Shown: in pieces, positions 57,228-64,000 of the stretch | Numbering within the stretch: the stretch's first letter is position 1 | Layout of the letters: each line of letters opens with the position of its first letter | Program-made: the position numbers and the translations under genes | Notes under the pieces: generated by a model | Database searches by the model: none | What the model was told of the DNA's origin: nothing | What the model saw: only the letters and a program-made list of their open reading frames with translations | Assembly: GCA_018303805.1 (NCBI GenBank) | Contig: JAGVXL010000001.1 | Span: 177,528-241,527, forward strand | Origin: Candidatus Pacearchaeota archaeon | Lineage (GTDB): Archaea; Nanobdellota; Nanobdellia; Pacearchaeales; DTIR01 | Reading direction: 5' to 3' | DNA length: 64,000 nucleotides

Positions 57228-57917
57228 TTAATCACAACATCCTCCTCCGACCCCGCTGCCTGCTTTTTCAGTCACAATTTCAAAAAGGGAATAGTTAATT
57301 TTTGCAACTTTATCTCCAACACCCATCATAAACCCAGGATGCAAATCAGCTGTATGCAAATAAATTCCATCTTCTTGAACAAGGTAAGAATTATTTAAAA
57401 AAGGCAGATTATGTTTTCTGAATTCTTCTATCATGTACTTTGTTTTTTTGTCTATATCATAAAAAATACCAATCTCTGCTCCAAAAACTTTTTTCAGTCG
57501 TTTGATATACTCTGCCTCTTCCTTCTCATTTTTTAGCTTAAAAGTTATTAGTTCAAACAAGCCAAACAAGTAGGTACTTCCACAAAGGGTCTTTTCTTTG
57601 CTTGACTTATCCGCTTTTCTTTCAATCTTCTCTACAATTTTTCTTTCCTTTTTTATTCTTAAATAACTTTCAAATCCTAACTCCCTTATTTTTTTCTCAA
57701 TAGCATTAAAATTTTTATAGTCCCCTTTTAACTTCTCAATGTCTTCTACTATCTTTTTATTATCTCCCGTGTATGCTGGGGTAACTACACACTCTCTTTC
57801 TTTTAGGTTACCATATATCTCTTCTTTTGTTTTTTCACTTATAACCTTCAGTTTAATTTCACATGGATTTCCTGTTTCTTTTTCAATCTCTTTTATAATC
57901 TCGCATAGGTCTTTCAT
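57228..57917 (-). CDS. hypothetical 229-aa protein embedded between rrp4 and rrp41
   Basis: Its ATG overlaps the rrp4 stop (ATGA), and its TAA is 1 nt before the rrp41 ATG. The protein is K/E-rich and ends ...GSGVGGGCCD. No motif recognised. Confidence 0.55.
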   Translation of the reverse strand: MKDLCEIIKEIEKETGNPCEIKLKVISEKTKEEIYGNLKERECVVTPAYTGDNKKIVEDIEKLKGDYKNFNAIEKKIRELGFESYLRIKKERKIVEKIERKADKSSKEKTLCGSTYLFGLFELITFKLKNEKEEAEYIKRLKKVFGAEIGIFYDIDKKTKYMIEEFRKHNLPFLNNSYLVQEDGIYLHTADLHPGFMMGVGDKVAKINYSLFEIVTEKAGSGVGGGCCD

Positions 57918-58681
57918 TTTCCCTTTTCCTCTGATTTGACAGAATTTCCAAATTTTTTCCTGTTTTTCTCCAAAAATTCCTCAACCTTTTCAGTTAAGCC
58001 ATCAACAAAAGATTTCTCAACAATCAGCATGATGGCTTCCTTGGCAAACAATTCTGACTCTACTGTCCTGCCCTTTATCCAGACCAAGCCGTTCTGCCCT
58101 ACTGTTATGTTGCATCCTGTCTCGTGCTTTATCAAGTTAATCATGCTTCCCTCTCTCCCTATAACGCGAGGCACTTTATTGGGGTTTATTGAGATTATCA
58201 TGCCGTCCTCAAGCTTTCCAAGACCCCTTGCCCTTAAAGTCAAGTCAACTCCGCGATGTTTTATTGCATAAACCTCGGCGACAACCATGTCCCCGAAATC
58301 AAGGTATTCTGTCAGGTCATTTTTATTCACGAACTTCGAACATTCCATAACCTGCAGGAACCCCATGTATGGTGAATTGATGTCCATAATCCATCCGTTG
58401 AATGTTATGTCTGTAACCTTGCATATTATTGAGTTCCCTTTTCTCGGGATGTAAACTCCTGCAAGGGGGATTACTTTCACGAACCTGTCTGTTATGTCTG
58501 AAAGCCCGAAGCGGATTGCGACTATGTCCTCTCCGTCTCTCGCGGTGCAATCTCCCGGGAGATACTCAGAGCCGGTTACGATAGTTTCTCCGGGAATAAC
58601 TATATCCCTTTTCTTCTTCTCTGCTGTCTGCTCTGTCATTTCACTTTTCATGTCCCTAGAATCTTGTTTAATTGCTTCCAT
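57914..58681 (-). CDS. rrp4: exosome complex RNA-binding subunit Rrp4 (S1 + KH)
   Basis: IVIPGETIV... N-terminal domain, an S1 region, and a KH motif PRVIGREGSMINLIKHETGCNITVGQNG. Confidence 0.9.
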   Translation of the reverse strand: MEAIKQDSRDMKSEMTEQTAEKKKRDIVIPGETIVTGSEYLPGDCTARDGEDIVAIRFGLSDITDRFVKVIPLAGVYIPRKGNSIICKVTDITFNGWIMDINSPYMGFLQVMECSKFVNKNDLTEYLDFGDMVVAEVYAIKHRGVDLTLRARGLGKLEDGMIISINPNKVPRVIGREGSMINLIKHETGCNITVGQNGLVWIKGRTVESELFAKEAIMLIVEKSFVDGLTEKVEEFLEKNRKKFGNSVKSEEKGK

Positions 58682-58689
58682 TTTTAAAT

Positions 58690-59376
58690 CTATTCTTTCT
58701 CGTTCAGTTCAGCTGTCAAGGCAGAACCATGGGTCATTTTATTAAGCTTATCGTAAAATTCTGACTGCATGCCTGTCGGCAGGTTCACAACAGCAAGCAG
58801 GCTTCCATCATTAAGCCATTCCTCTTTTTCTTTTATGCCATGCAGCAAGGCGTACACAGAACCTGTATAAACTGCCGGCACTGTAATCTGCAATTTTTTC
58901 ACTTCTGTTTTTAGTGGCAGGAACTTCTGCATTTCCTTTATTATCTCAGGCAATTGCTCCTGAACGCTTTTCATGTCAGAGATGTTTATATGGGCCTCGT
59001 GAAACGCAGTTTCAACCCTTGTTGGAGTATGCGGCTTGCCTGTCTTGGGGTCAATATAATTTTTTGCTATAAAATCAATAACTTGCTTGATCTTTGCATC
59101 TCTTTCCTCTTTCCTGTGTTCAGAAGATACCTGTATTTCCCCTTTTCTTACAATTTCAGCAGCAATTTTCTCAATGTCATCTGTGCCAAAGCATGCCTTT
59201 AAATCAGTAGTAGAGGCATGCATCCCTTTCTTTATGTCAGAAAAAACCTCATTAAAGGCAAGAAAATTCTGTATGCTGCCCTGCCCTGTCTTCCTAAACA
59301 TAAGGGCCTTGTCCAAATCAACAAGAATTTCAAATTCCTTTCCTTTAATCTTTAATCTTGCATTAACATTCGCCAT
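58690..59376 (-). CDS. sdo1: ribosome maturation protein SDO1/SBDS
   Basis: ARLKIKGKEFEILVDLDKAL... FYSH domain, in the conserved position next to rrp4. Confidence 0.85.
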   Translation of the reverse strand: MANVNARLKIKGKEFEILVDLDKALMFRKTGQGSIQNFLAFNEVFSDIKKGMHASTTDLKACFGTDDIEKIAAEIVRKGEIQVSSEHRKEERDAKIKQVIDFIAKNYIDPKTGKPHTPTRVETAFHEAHINISDMKSVQEQLPEIIKEMQKFLPLKTEVKKLQITVPAVYTGSVYALLHGIKEKEEWLNDGSLLAVVNLPTGMQSEFYDKLNKMTHGSALTAELNEKE

Positions 59377-59614
59377 TTTAATCAGCCAAGCCCCGTATCT
59401 GATAATTAATTATAATCCTCGGGCTTTAATTAACATTAAATTTTATGTCCCATTTCCATTTTTAATTTTTGATTATAATTCAATTGATTTTATTTTTCTT
59501 TGATATTTTCTGCCTCATTTCTTCCTTTTCATCCATTTTTATTTCAAAAGTTTCCTATGTGCTCATCAATCTTAATATCCCGCTCCATTTTTTATTCAGC
59601 TTCTCCCGGCATTT

Positions 59615-60343
59615 TTATTTCAAAAGTTTCCTCAAAGCTTCCTCGCTTTTCTTTTCCATTTTTTTGTCCTTCTTTGTGGCATAAGCAATATCCATCCTTG
59701 AGATATCAAAATTCTTCCCAAGAATTTTTCTGAAAATTCCAACAGCGATTTTAATGCCCTGCTCGATTGTCATGCTTTCCTTGTACTGTTCCTTAAGCAT
59801 TTCCTTTACCTTGTCGTCATTCTCGCCTATTGCAGTTGCCCTGTAACCAAAATAATTCCCTGTGACATCTGAAACAAACAGTTTTACAGAGCCATCTACA
59901 TTTACCCCTGCTGTCATTACAGACAGGCCAAACGGCCTTAAGCCGCCATATTGTGTTGAGGCCTGCTTCAGGTCAGCCATCTCCTTTACAACAAGCTCGA
60001 TGTCAATTGGAGAATCATAAGTAACCCTATGCTGCTGCGCAAGCAATTGAGCCCTTTCAACAAGAACTCTCGCATCAGACAGGATTCCTGCAGCGCTTGA
60101 TATGATATGGGAGTCAATCTCATAAATCTTGCTTGCTGATTCCTTGACCATCAATTCATCTTTCAGCCTTCTGTCTGCAACAATCACAACCCCGTCAGAA
60201 CAAACCATGCCTATACTCGGGCTGCCCAATCGGACAGTTTTCTCTGCATATTCAACCTGCAATAGATGCCCATCAGGGGAGAATAAAGTAGCGGCTCTGT
60301 CATATCCCATTACTTGATGCTGAATTTCAGTTGGTGTGTCCAT
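59615..60343 (-). CDS. psmA: proteasome subunit alpha
   Basis: YDRAATLFSPDGHLLQVEYAEKTV. Confidence 0.95.
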   Translation of the reverse strand: MDTPTEIQHQVMGYDRAATLFSPDGHLLQVEYAEKTVRLGSPSIGMVCSDGVVIVADRRLKDELMVKESASKIYEIDSHIISSAAGILSDARVLVERAQLLAQQHRVTYDSPIDIELVVKEMADLKQASTQYGGLRPFGLSVMTAGVNVDGSVKLFVSDVTGNYFGYRATAIGENDDKVKEMLKEQYKESMTIEQGIKIAVGIFRKILGKNFDISRMDIAYATKKDKKMEKKSEEALRKLLK

Positions 60344-60640
60344 CTTTGTGTTTGTCTTTTTTGGTTATTTTTATTATTGCTTATTTATTATTAAATTTTA
60401 GCTTTAGTATCAGTATCTGCGGATAGAAAACAAGCCCAAGCCGCATTCAATGGGCAATTGGATAATCAAACAACATTTACTCTATCCGACATCTGATTAA
60501 AAGCGGGGCATTTTTAAACCTTTTTATTTGAAAATTCAGAGGTTTAAAAATGGGGTTTTCATGGGCGTTAAGGGGGGTTAGAGGGGATTTTTGAGGCAAG
60601 GGGGCAAAACAATTATAAAATCCTCCTTGGATGTATATCC

Positions 60641-60946
60641 ATGAAATACAACAAGCTTGTCAGAGACAAAATCCCTGAAATAATCAGTAAGAAAGGGGCA
60701 AACCCAATCACCCATATTGCTGATGACAAAGAATACTGGCAGAAATTAAAGGAAAAATTGCAGGAAGAAATTGATTAGTTCATGGCAAATCCAAGCGAGG
60801 AAGAACTCGCGGATATTGTAGAAGTTATCAATGCAATATGCGATTTCAGGGAAATTGACAGGCAGAAGCTTGAATCCATCAGAAAAAAGAAATCCGAAGA
60901 GAGGGGCGGTTTCAAAAACAAGATAATTCTTGATGAAACGGGATAA
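60641..60946 (+). pseudogene. MazG-like/PRA-PH-like NTP pyrophosphohydrolase interrupted by an in-frame TAG (60776..60778)
   Basis: [45 protein letters not shown][TAG]FMANPSEEELADIVEVINAICDF...KKSEERGGFKNKIIL. The family is normally one continuous chain of about 100 aa, and the TAG sits where I expect Glu (GAG). Confidence 0.65.
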
Positions 60947-60968
60947 ATCCGCAAGAAGCAAATAAAAA

Positions 60969-61565
60969 TTAAATGAGAATCTGCTCTAATGCTTTCTTTA
61001 TATCCCTGCTCCAATAATCCCCTATTTTGTGGCCGAATTTCCTCTCAGGAGTTACCACATTAAATTGTGATTCATAAGTTCCGAGCATTTTTGGGATAAA
61101 TATCTTATACTCGGCTGAATCAGGCGATAGTCTCCTTGAGACATATCCTTCTATTATCCGCTTGAAATTTTCAGCAAGAATCTCACTCTGCCCAACTACA
61201 TCCTTAAGATAAGAACCTACTTCCTTTTTCAGCTTATCATACTCCCCCATATCCTCCCTTGCAGATTCTGAGAGGGGTGTTGTTTCCCTCACAAAATAGT
61301 CTCTCTTTATCCCGCTTATCCTTTTGATGCCTAATTTGTTTTCGAGAATTGCAGTCATGTATCCTATTCCTCCAGAGGTGTTGTTGGATATGCCAGATTT
61401 CTTAAGAATAGATTCAATATAATCAAAATATTCCCTATTCAAGCCAGGTTTACAACTGATTTCTCCTTCGGCTAACCTGTTCTTGAAATCAGAAACAATT
61501 CCTGAAAGTTTGGACTCTAAATCATAATCTCTTGCTTTTTGCTGTGCACTAGTTTCAGTTACCAT
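60969..61565 (-). CDS. hypothetical protein (198 aa)
   Basis: Clean ORF between Pop5 and psmA. No motif recognised. Confidence 0.45.
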   Translation of the reverse strand: MVTETSAQQKARDYDLESKLSGIVSDFKNRLAEGEISCKPGLNREYFDYIESILKKSGISNNTSGGIGYMTAILENKLGIKRISGIKRDYFVRETTPLSESAREDMGEYDKLKKEVGSYLKDVVGQSEILAENFKRIIEGYVSRRLSPDSAEYKIFIPKMLGTYESQFNVVTPERKFGHKIGDYWSRDIKKALEQILI

Positions 61566-61627
61566 AAATCTTCTCCTGTTAAGATATTTTTAAATCTTGT
61601 GATTTTTTGTGTTTTTATTTCCCCTGT

Positions 61628-61918
61628 TCATCCCCATTTCTGCCTCGCCCTTTTTATCGTCCCAGAAACACCTATGCAGTTGAATCCTGCATCTTTCAAC
61701 GCCTTCCTTATTTTTTCAGCATGCTTTCTCAAAATGCAGAACATAACCTTGCTCCCCTTCTCATTAAAGCCAATAAGCTTTGCATCTGCATTGCATTTAT
61801 TTCTCACAACATGCCTTAAAAAATCCCAATTATGTTTGTCCTGCAGGACAACAACAAGATATCTTTTTCTCTCCCTCATGCTTGGCTTGAACCTTTTTCT
61901 ACCTTGCTTTGCCATCAT
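61628..61918 (-). CDS. rnp2: RNase P protein component 2 (Pop5 homolog)
   Basis: ...RFKPSMRERKRYLVVVL... matches the Pop5 N-terminal pattern (LPPTLR.KKRY..F.V). It is small (96 aa) and in the usual superoperon position upstream of psmA. Confidence 0.65.
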   Translation of the reverse strand: MMAKQGRKRFKPSMRERKRYLVVVLQDKHNWDFLRHVVRNKCNADAKLIGFNEKGSKVMFCILRKHAEKIRKALKDAGFNCIGVSGTIKRARQKWG

Positions 61919-64000
61919 TTTTTATTTTTCTGCCTTTTCCCTTTCTTTCCATTTTTGATAATCTTAATAACCCTTTTCTCTCTAAAAAATCTATGCCTCT
62001 TGAACAGGATTGCAAGGATAATAACCAATAAAACTGCAGTAATCCCCAATAGATTAACTTTTTTGTTCCATAATTCTAGAGTTTTTTGTTCAACATTCAT
62101 TTCAGGGATATTTATTTCAGGCTTAATCTGTTCTGAAATGTTTGTAACATTCTCAAGAATTTCAATTTCCTTAACCTCAACAGGAATCATCTCATAAATT
62201 GCCATTATGCTCAAATTTGCCCTTGGATAAGAAATATTTTTCAGATTAACAAGCAAATCGTAAAACTTGCCGCCAGTTAAATTAAATTTCCTTGCCTCGC
62301 CAACTGAAAGCTTGAATTTAAGAGATGAAGAATTCAGTTCTAATGTAATATTATCCATGTCAACAATTTTCAGAGTCAAGTTATGCTCATTATCCCTTAA
62401 TGTAAATTTAATCCTGTCATTTTTTTCAAGCAACCTGTTCACTTCCCTGCCTTCTTTCAAAATTCCCTCTGAATAAGTTTTTGCTGCTGGACCCCCGCCA
62501 CCGCCTCCGCCTCCCCCGCCGCTTGAAGTTGAAACAGCACAAGTTCCGCAGTCTGCAGAACAAGAACTGCAAGACTCTCCAGACTCACAATAAGCATTTC
62601 CACAATAATCCGCTGCAGAGTAGGCAGAAAATCCCGAGACATTAAACACAAGAGTGCCATTAGTTGAATTGTAAGTTGTTATGCTGCAGATTGAACTTGG
62701 GCATGCCGCAGAATCTCTTAAAATTCTTGGGTTATTTAAAGTCAAATTCAAGAAGGTTATATTAGCTGATTTATTCAAGCCTGCTGCATTGCTTGAATTC
62801 ACAAAAACATAATTATGCCTCAATATAATATCATCAGAAAAGTTCGTTCCATTCTGTGTTATATTTGGCAGGTTTAGTTTTACATAACTGGAATTTTCTA
62901 TTTCTAATGTTGTATTTTTCAGATAATATTTTCCTAAATTTAGATCTTTGAACTTGGATTTATCGTCTGTAAGATTTAAATCATATCCTGTAGCATTTCT
63001 CAATATTGTATTAATTATTGTGTTATTCTCATTTACGCCATAAAAACAAACTCCTTGAGAATTTGAAGTTAGTAAGAGATTAATGAGAGTATTATTATTT
63101 GAATTATAAATAATGGCAATTCCACAGGAAGAGCTATTGGAAACTGTTATGTTTGTAAGGGTATTATAACTTGAGTTTGAAGAGAGAATAATGCCATGTT
63201 GGGTGTTTGATGCAGTGATATTTACAAGATTGTTGTTAGAACTTAAAGTGAGAACAATATTATCTATAGAATTATCCAAACTGTTAATATTAGTGATATT
63301 ATTATTAGAGCTTGATGTAAGATTGATAGAAGTACGGTAGTTGTTTGAAGCTGTTAAATTCTCTAAGGTAGAATTTTCCGTGTAATAGTAGTAAACACCA
63401 TCACGCCAGTCAGTAACATTGCAGTTTTTTATGCTAATATTTGTCAATTTTGCTGTACTTAACCCATCTGCCATTATTCCATATGTAAAAACCGTATTCT
63501 GCCCGTCAATCCACCTGCTGAAATCTACACAATTAATTTCAACATGACTTACTGAGATGTTGATGCAAGCCTGTCCAACTGATGAGTTCCAGTTTGTTAT
63601 GCTACTATTCAGCCTATAGTTGCCAGCTTGCGTTATGTTCCTGCAAGCCGAGATATTGTAATCTACAGGAACATTTGCTGTAAGTTGCCATTTGCCACTT
63701 GCTCCAATATTGTTTGCAGAGTCAGTGCAGTTCACGCTCCAGTTGTAAGTAGCGTTGTTTAGGGCTATGCTGATATTGTTCGTGATATTCTTTGTAGGGC
63801 TTGTTGTTGTGCTGTTCAAAGCAGAATTTATGATAAGGGAGCAATTTGCAATATCACTCAAATCAGTGACATTAAATGAGAAACTTATATTGCCTGCTAC
63901 GGTATAATTTGTTCCATTTTCAGGCGAAATAAGAGTAACATTTGGATTTGTTAAATCATAGGTTACTGTATAGTTTAATGCCCATCCAAAACTGCTTGAG
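61915..64000 (-). CDS. large secreted/surface protein with right-handed beta-helix (NosD-like) repeats, Cys-rich module, Gly10 linker and C-terminal TM anchor (5' end beyond the window)
   Basis: The frame stays open to position 64000, and the ORF-track start at 63861 is an internal TTG. It has repetitive N.T/N.S-rich beta-helix-like repeats, CESGESCSSCSADCGTC, GGGGGGGGGG, and a final hydrophobic helix followed by a basic tail. Confidence 0.75.
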   Translation of the reverse strand, partial: SSSFGWALNYTVTYDLTNPNVTLISPENGTNYTVAGNISFSFNVTDLSDIANCSLIINSALNSTTTSPTKNITNNISIALNNATYNWSVNCTDSANNIGASGKWQLTANVPVDYNISACRNITQAGNYRLNSSITNWNSSVGQACINISVSHVEINCVDFSRWIDGQNTVFTYGIMADGLSTAKLTNISIKNCNVTDWRDGVYYYYTENSTLENLTASNNYRTSINLTSSSNNNITNINSLDNSIDNIVLTLSSNNNLVNITASNTQHGIILSSNSSYNTLTNITVSNSSSCGIAIIYNSNNNTLINLLLTSNSQGVCFYGVNENNTIINTILRNATGYDLNLTDDKSKFKDLNLGKYYLKNTTLEIENSSYVKLNLPNITQNGTNFSDDIILRHNYVFVNSSNAAGLNKSANITFLNLTLNNPRILRDSAACPSSICSITTYNSTNGTLVFNVSGFSAYSAADYCGNAYCESGESCSSCSADCGTCAVSTSSGGGGGGGGGGPAAKTYSEGILKEGREVNRLLEKNDRIKFTLRDNEHNLTLKIVDMDNITLELNSSSLKFKLSVGEARKFNLTGGKFYDLLVNLKNISYPRANLSIMAIYEMIPVEVKEIEILENVTNISEQIKPEINIPEMNVEQKTLELWNKKVNLLGITAVLLVIILAILFKRHRFFREKRVIKIIKNGKKGKRQKNKK

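Noticed and set aside
62491-62520. A GC-rich 30-nt island that could be an RNA gene or a repeat.
   Set aside because: It is in frame and encodes the Gly10 linker of the surface protein.
1-64000. Genome-wide reassignment of TAG, suggested by two in-frame amber codons.
   Set aside because: TAG terminates several well-supported genes at their expected ends: valS (37202..37204), prf1 (38318..38320), the CofD-like gene (2381..2383) and the LAGLIDADG ORF (28042..28044). Any read-through would therefore have to be local or low-level.

Overview
This is an AT-rich, tightly packed archaeal chromosome segment with no rRNA genes and no CRISPR array. Several things suggest a small-genome, DPANN-like lineage, though that is inference only: core proteins are short, several carry K/E-rich tails, and a bacterial-type gyrase sits among otherwise archaeal information-processing genes. 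About 80 protein genes are supported. They include ileS, argS, valS, gyrB-gyrA, aIF2-gamma, aIF5B, aRF1, and an S6e / L24e / S28e / L7Ae / S10 block. Also present are thermosome, RpoL, RadB, an XPD-like helicase, type IA topoisomerase, and a porG-pcm-porD-porA-porB operon. An exosome superoperon runs Pop5 ... PsmA-SBDS-Rrp4-orf229-Rrp41-Rrp42-Rpo6, and a large sequon-rich beta-helix surface protein runs off the right edge. I found these by eye beyond the ORF track: Sec61-beta (51 aa), tRNA-Gly(CCC), an intron-containing tRNA-Val(CAC), and several tRNA fragments. The most unusual locus is 27.9-29.2 kb. There, the 5' (acceptor + D) and 3' (T-arm + acceptor) parts of one tRNA have perfectly pairing acceptor strands but lie 1.1 kb apart. 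The intervening cassette encodes a two-motif LAGLIDADG homing endonuclease and a complete nested tRNA-Gly, and it is bracketed by a 12-nt inverted repeat. Other observations: (1) a 56-nt hairpin element is conserved 53/56 and starts exactly after the discriminator base of tRNA-Val and of an orphan tRNA 3' fragment that overlaps the rpoK stop codon. (2) An unknown 229-aa gene is translationally coupled inside the exosome operon. (3) A 73-aa ORF is wedged between gyrB and gyrA. (4) Two small genes carry in-frame TAG codons. (5) A C'/D'-like K-loop motif lies over the Shine-Dalgarno of the L7Ae gene. (6) Two divergent genes appear to be missing their 5' ends at a shared junction near 7.7 kb. Every functional call rests on motifs I recognised in the translations. 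No database search was run.
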